IMG/VR virus record: IMGVR_UViG_3300045988_072133
Coordinates: 1 to 64,000 of that record
Origin: a virus
Direction: 5' to 3' (one strand)
DNA length: 64,000 nucleotides
The position numbers and the translations under genes were made by a program. Positions 50,214 through 59,641 of this stretch are shown in pieces. Positions within the stretch are counted from its first letter, which is position 1. Each line of letters starts with the position of its first letter. Below the pieces are notes generated by a model that worked only from the letters and a program-made list of their open reading frames with translations, had not been told where the DNA came from and made no database searches.

Positions 50214-51083
50214 CTACGTAGTTTCTTCCAACTCTATATATAGGATGTTATCTTGTTGCATGGGAGCTGTACCTTGTACTACTTCAACACCTTTGACTGT
50301 GTTAGATGCAACACTTTTAAATATGTTTATAGTTCGCCGTAATGTGAGTCCTGTGGGCAATCTATCATTATTTACGCTGATTTCATACTCCGAAAGATCC
50401 CCAGTAATACTCATTACAGAGAATATATAATCTTCTCTCCAGGCAACTATCTGGTAGACCTTATAAATAACAGGGGAGGTTTTACTGTCTGAGTATACCC
50501 AGAATACTGGGCTGCTTTTGTCAATTGTACCCATGAATCCTATAAGGTGACTCAGAAAATTATACATTGGCCCACCTTCAGACATATCATATTGCGAAAA
50601 GTCATCATCACCTTGGCCAATATACATGGGAGTTATTACATCATACAAGAAATTATAAAACTCATTGCCGCTTATAGCATCAATATTAATTCTCGCCTGC
50701 ATCTTCTGTGCCGTAGATAAGTTTTGCCGGACATATTTAATAGATTGAGCTCCCGAACCACCAAACGAAGCCCACGAGTTATCAATCCACATTAAAGCGT
50801 CATAAGCTACTGGGTCACTTCCTTCATTCTTAACAAGGTAGATTTTATTGGCCTTACCAGTCTCAGGAAGCATGGCTACAATCTCCACAGATGTAGCATT
50901 TTGAAGCGGTTCCGGAAGTAGATCAATAGGTAGCTTACCCTCCTTGTCAAGCTGGGGAGTTGCCTTATTGATGTCGGATTGAAACTTTTGTAGCTGTTCG
51001 TCGTAAATCTGACCTGTAAATGCAAGTTTACCGTCAGCAGTCTTAGCGAAAAGCAGGCCATAAATATTAATATAATCTTCCAT
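50214..51083 (-). CDS. fibre-associated protein (about 289 aa from ATG at 51083; TTG at 51092 in ORF track)
   Basis: 5' leader UUGAUUAUC-AUG nearly identical to that of the collagen fibre gene; N-terminus MEDYINIYG resembles MYHYINGFG. Confidence 0.4.
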   Translation of the reverse strand: MEDYINIYGLLFAKTADGKLAFTGQIYDEQLQKFQSDINKATPQLDKEGKLPIDLLPEPLQNATSVEIVAMLPETGKANKIYLVKNEGSDPVAYDALMWIDNSWASFGGSGAQSIKYVRQNLSTAQKMQARINIDAISGNEFYNFLYDVITPMYIGQGDDDFSQYDMSEGGPMYNFLSHLIGFMGTIDKSSPVFWVYSDSKTSPVIYKVYQIVAWREDYIFSVMSITGDLSEYEISVNNDRLPTGLTLRRTINIFKSVASNTVKGVEVVQGTAPMQQDNILYIELEETT

Positions 51084-51095
51084 GATAATCAAAAA

Positions 51096-51971
51096 TTATG
51101 CTATAACACCAACAAAAGTACCAGCTACAAACTTATTAGCACTCCTATAGCACTTATAGTTTCCCTTACCATTAACAGCAACTGTTACAGGAGCAGCCAT
51201 AGGTACATCGAAGCCTCCTGACTTCACGCTATTGATAGTCATATTCGACGGAACACACAGCCAAATATACTCATTAGCTTCAACCTCAATAGTAACATTG
51301 CCTGAAGGGGACGCTTTAATAGGCTGCTTCGTAAGAGATAGAACCTCGGACGATACTAAAGCATCCTTTATGGATGCACCAAAATACATTGGATAGTAGG
51401 CATTAACCGTAACTGAAGCGGTCTTGGTGATGCCTTTAATCATAGCCGTCATAGAATATGTTTGGGTATCCGAAATTGAATCCTTGATAGTCTTGAGCGC
51501 TTTATCAGAGGTAAGAACTTGACTACCTTTCTTTACAGAGATAGAATCAGGTTCGATTTCTTGATTATTAAACTTAGTAGACCAGTTAAGAGTTACCTGC
51601 GTTGAGACCCCTTTTTCAAATAAAGTCGGAGTACGGCTCATTGTCAAAGAGGTGTATTGAGTGAATAAAATTTGATTAATTTCATTAACATCCTCTGTAA
51701 GAGATTGTATTTGATCGTAGAGTACTACTTTTAATTCTTCTAAGGAATCTACCTTCTTCTCAAGTGAATATATAAGCTTTAATAATCCTTCTGCAGTAAG
51801 AGCTGCACTAGTAAGTACCTCCCATTCTTCTTTATAAATATTGAAAGTCCTAATCTCCCAAAGTACTCTTTTATCATCAGAAGGTTTTAGCCAAATTATA
51901 TTAGTACCATGAGAGGGTGGGAGTTTTGTTCCCACCCAAACTTGGCCTAGTCCAGTTCTATATTGATACAT
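51096..51971 (-). CDS. tail fibre paralog with shared N-terminal adapter (291 aa)
   Basis: MYQYRTGLGQVWVGTKLPPSHGTNIIWLKPSD...LWEIRTF aligns with collagen fibre N-terminus MYHYINGFGKIWVGIEPPPEEALNLTWLHPTT...LWELLAF. Confidence 0.45.
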   Translation of the reverse strand: MYQYRTGLGQVWVGTKLPPSHGTNIIWLKPSDDKRVLWEIRTFNIYKEEWEVLTSAALTAEGLLKLIYSLEKKVDSLEELKVVLYDQIQSLTEDVNEINQILFTQYTSLTMSRTPTLFEKGVSTQVTLNWSTKFNNQEIEPDSISVKKGSQVLTSDKALKTIKDSISDTQTYSMTAMIKGITKTASVTVNAYYPMYFGASIKDALVSSEVLSLTKQPIKASPSGNVTIEVEANEYIWLCVPSNMTINSVKSGGFDVPMAAPVTVAVNGKGNYKCYRSANKFVAGTFVGVIA

Positions 51972-51982
51972 ATATTATTTAA

Positions 51983-54175
51983 TTATATTGTAGGAGTATA
52001 AGCATCTATTGCCGTTGCAAGTGCTGTATTAAAAGCTGATTCAGTAGTATATTTAGTACCACCACCTAATTTATAAGCATTGAAAGCAGATTGTAAATAC
52101 ACGTCTTGACTATTTAACAAATTAGTGGTAGTATTAAATTGTACTCTGGTAGCTGTTATATTATCAGCATTTGCATTTTGTAGATTAAAGAAATAAATCG
52201 AATTAGTAGAAACAAATCCTCTAATACATACCTTATAACTATTATTAGTAGAATCTTCAATAATTAGAATATTAGCTTTACTAATACTCTCTCTAATATT
52301 TGTATCTGTTATAGTAGTATTTAACAATGAACTATCTATGACATATAAATTATTGTATAAAGTAAGGAAGCTTTTATTAAAACCAACAGTACTGTTTTTA
52401 CCTCCCTTACCTATATAATAGGTTGCCGGATCAGCATATGCAACCCTTATGTTACTACACTTTTTTACGTTTACATCAAAAATAATGCGGTTCATAGTAA
52501 TACTTCCATCTATACAGGACTCCATATTAAAGAAGTTAAGACTATTTCCTTTTAAAGCTCCCCTATTAAACACTAAAATGTTATTTTCTGTAACAACATT
52601 AGTAACAATAAGAGTAGTAGCATTTTGAACAGAAGAAGCTTCTGCATCAGTAAGAACAGTATTTAATTTAGACGAATCTATTACATAAGTATTTTCTGTA
52701 AGTTGAGCAACAAGCTCTTTATACATTGAATCTTTATTAGTTCTGGTACCACCTTTTATTCTATAATTAGTAAACATTATATCATCAAAATAAGCATTTT
52801 CAATAGACGACAATATATTAGATTCCAGTCTCAACAAAATATACTTCACTGATCCACTATTATTTATACAATTATAGTATATTATAGCAGTAGATTCATA
52901 ACCTCTTATAAAAATCTTGGTCTTACCATCACCTTCATCCAATATAAGGAAGGTAGCATTCTTAATATTCTCTAACTTATCACCACTATGTACTTTATTT
53001 AAATCAGAAGGAGTGATATAACAAGAATTCATGTTAACTAATCTTGCTACTTCTTGATTAACAGCATCAGCGTTTTTACCAGTGAAACCAAATTGAGAAT
53101 AAGCTCCATAAGGTAGAGTATAGTTCTTGGTATTTATTACCCATTTTTTAGTAGAAGTATTTACAGATAGTTCTTTATAGATTATTTTCTGGTCAGAGCC
53201 ATCTATAGCCCCAACCATAACAAACTGCAAATATGTATTTGTTTTTGATTTAACAACATAAATAAATTTACTATTAGGATAATTAGCATTGTCATTTACT
53301 AAAATTATAGATGCTTTTTTTATCTGTTCAATAGTTTCGTCATCTAAAGTTGTCCCTAAAGTACTATAATCAAGATATACAAAATCAGGAAATTCCTTAA
53401 CTTTTACAAGACTATAATTATCATCTTCTTTAAGAACTTTATAGGTTTGTAAGCACCCTTGATTATATATCCTAAAACTTCTTTCAACAGGATCTACATC
53501 AATTATAGGAGAATCATATTGAACATTATTATAAACCCAAAGTAAGTTAATCAATTGAAATTTATGTCTTTGATTAAGATAAGTATATAATACATTAGCC
53601 TTTGAAGTATTTGTAAATACAGATAAATCAAGAGGATCTGTAATAGTTCCTAAATTTACTGAAAGCGTCTTTGATTCAAGAAACGTTATTTTATCAGACC
53701 AAGTTTTATCTAAATCAACTAAAGTAGTGCCAGTCCAACGATAACTATGGTTTTGAGTAACACCCTCACCAATTTTTACGTATATCTTACCTTCTTCAGG
53801 ATTAATAATCGTCCAATCTTCTTCAGAAGTATTAGCTCCAAAGTCTACAAATTTCTTCGTATAATCAATTGTAGTCCCAAGAATAGCATGTTCAATATAC
53901 CAAATTTTATTAGTAAAACTTGGTTCATTTAATATCATTTCTACACTTGCACTTCCGGTAGTTATGGAATCAAATTCTATAACATCATCTACATAACTCG
54001 GTAATTGTTCGGCAGGAACTTTACTTCCTACAAGGTCAGCTTTAGTTCCCATAGCTTCTGTAAACTCTTCCTTAGTCACTCCATTATTCTCAATGTTCGT
54101 AAGTACTTGAGCTAGTTGAGGATTTTTAATATCATAGCCCTTTTCAAGCTGTAAAATAATTTTTTCGTTAGTCAT
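51983..54175 (-). CDS. repeat-containing fibre/appendage protein (730 aa)
   Basis: At least three ~65-aa internal tandem repeats (Y[VI][IT]xSxLNxxxTDxxxxxxxxxAxxLIxx...RGxxxxxSxxFFN) in the C-terminal half; Asn-rich. Confidence 0.45.
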   Translation of the reverse strand: MTNEKIILQLEKGYDIKNPQLAQVLTNIENNGVTKEEFTEAMGTKADLVGSKVPAEQLPSYVDDVIEFDSITTGSASVEMILNEPSFTNKIWYIEHAILGTTIDYTKKFVDFGANTSEEDWTIINPEEGKIYVKIGEGVTQNHSYRWTGTTLVDLDKTWSDKITFLESKTLSVNLGTITDPLDLSVFTNTSKANVLYTYLNQRHKFQLINLLWVYNNVQYDSPIIDVDPVERSFRIYNQGCLQTYKVLKEDDNYSLVKVKEFPDFVYLDYSTLGTTLDDETIEQIKKASIILVNDNANYPNSKFIYVVKSKTNTYLQFVMVGAIDGSDQKIIYKELSVNTSTKKWVINTKNYTLPYGAYSQFGFTGKNADAVNQEVARLVNMNSCYITPSDLNKVHSGDKLENIKNATFLILDEGDGKTKIFIRGYESTAIIYYNCINNSGSVKYILLRLESNILSSIENAYFDDIMFTNYRIKGGTRTNKDSMYKELVAQLTENTYVIDSSKLNTVLTDAEASSVQNATTLIVTNVVTENNILVFNRGALKGNSLNFFNMESCIDGSITMNRIIFDVNVKKCSNIRVAYADPATYYIGKGGKNSTVGFNKSFLTLYNNLYVIDSSLLNTTITDTNIRESISKANILIIEDSTNNSYKVCIRGFVSTNSIYFFNLQNANADNITATRVQFNTTTNLLNSQDVYLQSAFNAYKLGGGTKYTTESAFNTALATAIDAYTPTI

Positions 54176-54200
54176 AGTTAGGATTAATTATAATAATAAA

Positions 54201-54228
54201 GGGAGGAGCTATTGCCCCCCCCCTAACT
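54201..54228 (-). terminator. G-homopolymer hairpin terminator (G9 ... CUCCUCCC) after portal gene
   Basis: Minus-sense UAA-ACAGUUA-GGGGGGGGG-CAAUAG-CUCCUCCC-UUUAUUAUUAUAAUU; plus strand C9 at 54215-54223. Confidence 0.45.
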
Positions 54229-54230
54229 GT

Positions 54231-56627
54231 TTATTTACTAGTACTAGATGGTTTAGGCTTGGCTTTCTTAATAGCAAGATCTTTTTCTTTAATGTCTATC
54301 TCCTTTGATAACTTAGTCTTATCAAAAGCTAATCTTTCATTAAACTGCCTTATCTGTTCATCTAACTTCGCTCGTTCCATAGAGTTGTCTTGAACTTCTG
54401 GGACTTCATTCTCTGCATTTCCAGATTGTTTAATATGCTCAATAAGAATCTTAGTGTCATTATCGCGCTGATTAAGCATATCTTGGAAATTCATCTCAGC
54501 CTGCTTCATTTCCATCTGAGTCTGCATTTGCTGTTGTGCTATTTCTTGTTCCTGCTGAGCTTGTTCAGCTTGACGTTCTTGAATAGCTTGCTCGTCTTTC
54601 TCAATAGTCCTACGAATCTCTGACAGAGATGATGACGTATAAATCTTCATTATTGAAGAGAATGAGAGAGTTTGATTCTGCAAAGCAGCTTGTGCTAAAG
54701 CATCAAGTTTTGAAGCGAGATTCTGAGTTTCAGGAGAGGCATCTACTACAATTCCATAGTCGCTATCTGCAAAAGTGTCTCCATCAATTTCAAGAGATTT
54801 TATAGCTCCATCAGAGGTGATATACTGGAATTTCTTATTTCTACCTCTCATAGCTATTTTAGCTGTCTCTAAGAAACATTCAAGGGCTCTCCTTTTAACA
54901 TCATCGTGCATTGTAAATAACCATTCTGTAATATGAGAAGATTGTAAATTTGATCTTTCAACACCACCAACAGTTTCACGGTTACTAATCTGACCCTCTC
55001 GCTGTCGAGTAATACCAGCAACCTCTCCCATCTCATTTTTAATAAATTCTAGGAGATTAATGTGTTCCTGAATATAATTACCCTGTTCAGCATCTATAAC
55101 TCCATTAGACTGAATATTTAGAGCTCCTACAACCTTACCTTGAGCAGCTCCTCCATTTCCCTCCTTAAAGCTATCTGTAACAGCAACATGATTTACTTTT
55201 GCATAGTATAACCACTTGTCTATCTCCCAGCCTTTAGGAACCATAGCAAGATCTAGTTTTACAATTTTACCCCAGTTAGCAGCAATAGCTTTATTAAGCC
55301 TATCGTAGATAACGTCGTAAAAATAAGCAAAAGGCTTCATCATATCTACTAAAGAGAAAGGTCTAGAATCATTAAGGTTATACATAGATCCTACAATACC
55401 AAAATGACATCTAGATGGATTAGAAAGTCTATTATACTGTACTATCCTAGGTCTCATATTAACATAAATATCTGGACCTATTTTAGTACCTTCCCATGCT
55501 TCATTAATCCAAAAGATCTCTTCTTCTTCACCAGCTTCTTTATCTATAATGTAGGTTTCTGGATAAAAATCAAAGAGCTCTTCGCCAGTCTCAGGATCAT
55601 AAGATTTTACCTTCTTGATCTTTCTCTTACTCTTCCAATAAAGTCTTAATACTCTAATATTACCTTGGAGATCATAGTAGTTACTCGTTGCTGAAAATCC
55701 AGATTGTCCCATCAGTAGAAAATTCTCTATTACAGTACCTCCTGAAATATCTGTGCCATCGATCTCAGCAGTATTAATAAAGGCATTTCTTTCATCAATG
55801 TTGTACATAGAATCACTACTAAAAGTACTAGCTAGTTTATCTATACTATCAACATCTTTTTTAGATAGAACATCAAAGTAAGTATCTAAGATTCTACCTG
55901 GACTCCAAAAGTCTATAAGTATTATTAGATCTGCATCCTCAACTTTATTAGAAAAACCATTTTTGAAAATATGAACTTTTAAAGGATTAAGTCTTTCAAA
56001 AGTAGGCTCGCCCCCAACAATATCACATTGATAGATTTCCTCACCACAAATCATTGCATCCATAAACCCATCATTAAATATTCTGGGTATATTTAGCTCT
56101 TTCATGTAATGAGAAAGAACAGTACTAGCTCTCATTTCGATAATATCTTGCCATTGATAATCAAAATAGTAAGATAACTTATCTAGTTCTTTATTAAACT
56201 CCTCCTCTGACAAGTTCTCATCTTCTATCATAGCCTGAACTTGTTCTTGGAGCATTGCTAATTTACTATTCTCTATCTCTGAAATAGAATTGGGATTAGT
56301 TACAACAACTTTAAATTCAAATCTTCTCTTCGCTTCTTCTCCTTGGAGAACATGAAGCTTTGAGTTCATAATAGGGAAATGCTGAATAGATTCTGGAACA
56401 TATAGTGCATTGACATTGTCTGGATTAAGAATTAACTCTACATCTCTCATATCTAAAACACCATTTATGAGATTATAGTTAATTCTCTTCTTCAACAGAG
56501 AATTCCGCACCATATTGCCAAAATAGTAAGTTCTTTTGTCGGCCCAATCAAGATGCTGTTTTCTCCACTCCTTAGTTTTTTTACTATAAGACAACATCTG
56601 CGGGGGTAAGTTCTTTAAATCTATCAT
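54231..56627 (-). CDS. putative portal protein (798 aa)
   Basis: Immediately downstream of TerL; size typical of crAss-like portals; C-terminal Q/E-rich coiled coil; no motif verifiable by eye. Confidence 0.5.
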   Translation of the reverse strand: MIDLKNLPPQMLSYSKKTKEWRKQHLDWADKRTYYFGNMVRNSLLKKRINYNLINGVLDMRDVELILNPDNVNALYVPESIQHFPIMNSKLHVLQGEEAKRRFEFKVVVTNPNSISEIENSKLAMLQEQVQAMIEDENLSEEEFNKELDKLSYYFDYQWQDIIEMRASTVLSHYMKELNIPRIFNDGFMDAMICGEEIYQCDIVGGEPTFERLNPLKVHIFKNGFSNKVEDADLIILIDFWSPGRILDTYFDVLSKKDVDSIDKLASTFSSDSMYNIDERNAFINTAEIDGTDISGGTVIENFLLMGQSGFSATSNYYDLQGNIRVLRLYWKSKRKIKKVKSYDPETGEELFDFYPETYIIDKEAGEEEEIFWINEAWEGTKIGPDIYVNMRPRIVQYNRLSNPSRCHFGIVGSMYNLNDSRPFSLVDMMKPFAYFYDVIYDRLNKAIAANWGKIVKLDLAMVPKGWEIDKWLYYAKVNHVAVTDSFKEGNGGAAQGKVVGALNIQSNGVIDAEQGNYIQEHINLLEFIKNEMGEVAGITRQREGQISNRETVGGVERSNLQSSHITEWLFTMHDDVKRRALECFLETAKIAMRGRNKKFQYITSDGAIKSLEIDGDTFADSDYGIVVDASPETQNLASKLDALAQAALQNQTLSFSSIMKIYTSSSLSEIRRTIEKDEQAIQERQAEQAQQEQEIAQQQMQTQMEMKQAEMNFQDMLNQRDNDTKILIEHIKQSGNAENEVPEVQDNSMERAKLDEQIRQFNERLAFDKTKLSKEIDIKEKDLAIKKAKPKPSSTSK

Positions 56628-56654
56628 AGCATTAACTTAATTACATAATTTGTA

Positions 56655-56662
56655 CAAAGATA
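56655..56662 (-). promoter_or_regulatory. TAnnTTTG (-7-like) motif TATCTTTG upstream of portal gene
   Basis: Minus-sense ...aaTTTGaagataattactTATCTTTGtacaaatt...; -33 spacing not canonical. Confidence 0.25.
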
Positions 56663-56727
56663 AGTAATTATCTTCAAATTTCCAAGACGTTCAAAAGTTT
56701 ACTAATAGTTTTCATAAATATCTACTA

Positions 56728-59031
56728 CTAATTATCCTTATGTAGATATTTAGCAAACCTATAATCATAATTCCTAGTAAAGAAATCATCATTACCTAAG
56801 TAATCTGCTTGATCTACATTGATAACTTCAGAAGGAGATAAATTACCACAAAGCATGAGTTTTTGCTCTCGTAGCAACATGAGCATTAATAAGGCATCGT
56901 AACGGTCAAAGTTGCTATCGGGATTCCACATAGATAACTCTTTCATGAGAGCTCTATAATAGCACCTATTAATGTTATTTATAGTGATTTCTGCCTCTTC
57001 TTCATGTCCATCTATAGTAACCTTCGTTACAACTTTAAGAGGCTTTAAAAGCCAGTCTCTGATGCGTGTACGGCCATATGTTTGAACTGGTTGTGTAGCA
57101 TTAACTCCTTTAGCCTTATTACCAAAGAAATTTCCCTTAACAATCTCTTTATCTTTTAAAAACTCAGGAATGTCAGATAGTAAATACAAACAGTTTGTTT
57201 TAGAAAAATATGTGAATAAACCCTTCTTATTATTCTCATAGAGTAATTCAGCATTATAGAATAAACAAATACGTCTACAGGTTTCATAGTAATCCTCTGC
57301 AAACATAGGTCTACCTACATATTCACAAACTAGTTCATCAGTAAATAAATCTAGTACATAGATTGATCCAAGAGACATAGTGTCAGATACATCATCATCA
57401 TAAGGGTCAGCACCTGCTATATAACGTCCCCAAGGTACTTTGCCATCAGGACCTTTAATGGGCATCTTATTAATATGTACAGCTCCTTCAAGCTTGTTAT
57501 CTTTATGAGGATAATCTAAAATAGGCTTTACATCCGCATCTGGAGTAAATTCAACTTTCCCTTCTTTAGTCTGAACAAGTCTTCCAACCCACATATCGTC
57601 TAAACTCTTAGGATTCTGATCTAATTCTAGAATACGATCATTTAATTTATCAGAAGGAAAAATATTACTATCCCTACGCATAATAGCATCTGTGATAGTA
57701 AATGCATACTCAGCTTTACGACGTGTGAGCTGAATAGGATCAGATGAGTTATACTTTAGGATTACACGATGTTTAATCTCTTCTAAAATAGCTCCTACAA
57801 CATCAGATACACCATCTTCATTGTAAAAACCTTTAGAATTAAGGTAACTAGGGAAGAAGAATATTGTTCGCCTAGCTCCTACAGCTCCTTTATCGAAAAC
57901 ATTTGGGAGAGAGTATACTGAATAACCATCCGGATAATTAATCATCTCAAGAGCTCCCATAAAATCTGAACCCTCAGAACCTCCTGTACCAAAGGCTATT
58001 GCTTGTCCAAAAGCCGCAGCTGCATTCTCCTGAACATTAGGTAAAGCTGTCTGCCATACATCTAGAAATTTCGGGAAAGTACCAAACTCTTCATAAAGCA
58101 TTCTATTCGAACGTTTACCACGAATCTTGTCAGGATCATCTTTAACAGCTACCCCTAATACTTCATTTTGAGAACCCCTAGGAATCATTGAATCCTTATC
58201 GATATACCCCGAAATCCACTGCATCTCTGAAAGAGAGTTCTTAAGTCTAGCACGAGGAAATTGAGTGTTTTTAGCACAGAAATCTATACCATCAATAAAT
58301 TTGTTAAGAGTACCGTCCTTAATAAGATACTCCTTCTGATATGCCGTTACAAGACATTTAACCTTATCATAAGAAATAGAATTCTCTCCTAAGAGGAAGA
58401 ATTTACATAGAATGGCAGCTGCATAATATGACTTCGATTTACCACGAGAAGCAATCTCAACAGAATGCTTTCCTCCTACAAAATCATCATATAAACCACC
58501 ATTACGGGCTTGATATTGATAGTGAGCCCTAAGATAAACACCTTCCCAGCATTCAGGAAAGTCTACAACACGATCACCTATGCGAGTACCTTTACGTATC
58601 TTAGTCTGAATAATAGGTAAATAATTTAAGTAGAAATAAAAATCTCCAGGAATCCATTCCCCATCTTCAGGTCTAACCATACCATCTAAGCACCTACGAA
58701 CTTCTCGTGTTAACCACATACCAAACTCTGATTTAGGATTTGCATCAGGACGAAGCTTAGTATAGCAACCATATTTTTGATAGTGTATAGCAGCTGGCCT
58801 AAAGTAGTCCATATTCTCTAATATATGTGGCTTACAAATATCTACGATAATCCTGCCAAAAGAGTCACGAGGTCTATCTTTAGCTCGTTGACGATCTGGT
58901 GAGATAAGATTCTTAATAAATTCTACATTAGTGATAATTTCTAAGAAATCATTCCATACTTCTGTAGATAAAGAATCTCTAAGTTCTTCTGTAATAGGTG
59001 TCTGATATTTATTAGTATCTATAAGTACCAT
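56728..59031 (-). CDS. terminase large subunit TerL (767 aa)
   Basis: Walker A-like EIASRGKSKS; Walker B-like RMLYEEFG; C-terminal RNaseH-like nuclease IAGADPYDDDVSDTMSLGSIYVLD; strong SD AGGAGGAGGUGA 5-7 nt upstream. Confidence 0.7.
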   Translation of the reverse strand: MVLIDTNKYQTPITEELRDSLSTEVWNDFLEIITNVEFIKNLISPDRQRAKDRPRDSFGRIIVDICKPHILENMDYFRPAAIHYQKYGCYTKLRPDANPKSEFGMWLTREVRRCLDGMVRPEDGEWIPGDFYFYLNYLPIIQTKIRKGTRIGDRVVDFPECWEGVYLRAHYQYQARNGGLYDDFVGGKHSVEIASRGKSKSYYAAAILCKFFLLGENSISYDKVKCLVTAYQKEYLIKDGTLNKFIDGIDFCAKNTQFPRARLKNSLSEMQWISGYIDKDSMIPRGSQNEVLGVAVKDDPDKIRGKRSNRMLYEEFGTFPKFLDVWQTALPNVQENAAAAFGQAIAFGTGGSEGSDFMGALEMINYPDGYSVYSLPNVFDKGAVGARRTIFFFPSYLNSKGFYNEDGVSDVVGAILEEIKHRVILKYNSSDPIQLTRRKAEYAFTITDAIMRRDSNIFPSDKLNDRILELDQNPKSLDDMWVGRLVQTKEGKVEFTPDADVKPILDYPHKDNKLEGAVHINKMPIKGPDGKVPWGRYIAGADPYDDDVSDTMSLGSIYVLDLFTDELVCEYVGRPMFAEDYYETCRRICLFYNAELLYENNKKGLFTYFSKTNCLYLLSDIPEFLKDKEIVKGNFFGNKAKGVNATQPVQTYGRTRIRDWLLKPLKVVTKVTIDGHEEEAEITINNINRCYYRALMKELSMWNPDSNFDRYDALLMLMLLREQKLMLCGNLSPSEVINVDQADYLGNDDFFTRNYDYRFAKYLHKDN

Positions 59032-59603
59032 TAATCACCTCCTCCTAAGAATGACTTCATCCCATCTTCAAGGATCGCCTTTTGCTTCATACCTCTCATA
59101 GTACCCATATCTTCAATTTCTTTAGATACAGCTTTTTCAGCATCCGCAAGCTCCTTAACAAGACTAGGGACTTGTTTTACTGCGGTCATAACTTGACCTA
59201 TATTAAACACTAGTTTACCATTAGCGTCTTTCTCTGTTAAATCTATAGATCTAAAAGTATTACGAATATTATCAATAATAACTCTTGTATCTTGTAATAG
59301 TAAAGAAGAAGATGTTGTAGTTAGGTATTTATAAAGTTCTATAGCTTCTAAAACCTGCTTATCTGGTTTCCAATCAGCTTCTAATCCTATACTATCTTTA
59401 ACACGTAAATCTCTGTCTGCCTCTATAATTTCGAAGGAAAAATCTGACCTTGGATCATACATAAAGTATAAGTAAGCTAACTCTTTCATAGCCCTTGTTT
59501 TATCCTTAGTCCTGTCCCTATCTACAAGTTTCTTAAATGGTCTTAGAGCATAAGCCTCTTCAGAAATCTTTAAATTATAGTCCTTATATGTAAATAGCTT
59601 CAT
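59031..59603 (-). CDS. hypothetical protein (190 aa); small terminase candidate by position
   Basis: TAATG-coupled immediately upstream of TerL; no motif. Confidence 0.3.
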   Translation of the reverse strand: MKLFTYKDYNLKISEEAYALRPFKKLVDRDRTKDKTRAMKELAYLYFMYDPRSDFSFEIIEADRDLRVKDSIGLEADWKPDKQVLEAIELYKYLTTTSSSLLLQDTRVIIDNIRNTFRSIDLTEKDANGKLVFNIGQVMTAVKQVPSLVKELADAEKAVSKEIEDMGTMRGMKQKAILEDGMKSFLGGGD

Positions 59604-59605
59604 AT

Positions 59606-59635
59606 CAAAAAAGCTCCCTACTTGTGATAGGGAGC
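59606..59635 (-). terminator. rho-independent terminator between GroES-like gene and packaging genes
   Basis: Minus-sense GCUCCCUA-UCACAAG-UAGGGAGC followed by UUUUUUG. Confidence 0.55.
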
Positions 59636-59641
59636 GTTAAA

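Noticed and set aside
45663-51092. Apparent shared protein N-terminus MIIM in the collagen fibre and the 292-aa ORF
   Set aside because: The ORF-track starts are TTG codons. The shared MII corresponds to a conserved untranslated leader UUGAUUAU(U/C) preceding the real ATG (47969 and 51083). Similarity is real at nucleotide level but not protein sequence.
45663-54175. Diversity-generating retroelement targeting the fibre genes
   Set aside because: Fibres with repeats and C-terminal variable-looking regions invite the idea. No reverse transcriptase ORF (no YxDD-type motif) and no template/variable repeat pair were seen in the window.
56728-59031. Intein or intron in TerL, polB or vRNAP
   Set aside because: TerL (767 aa) and vRNAP are long, but their recognisable motifs are in normal order without a Cys...HN-bounded insertion. 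The GIY-YIG HEG is free-standing between genes, not within an intron.
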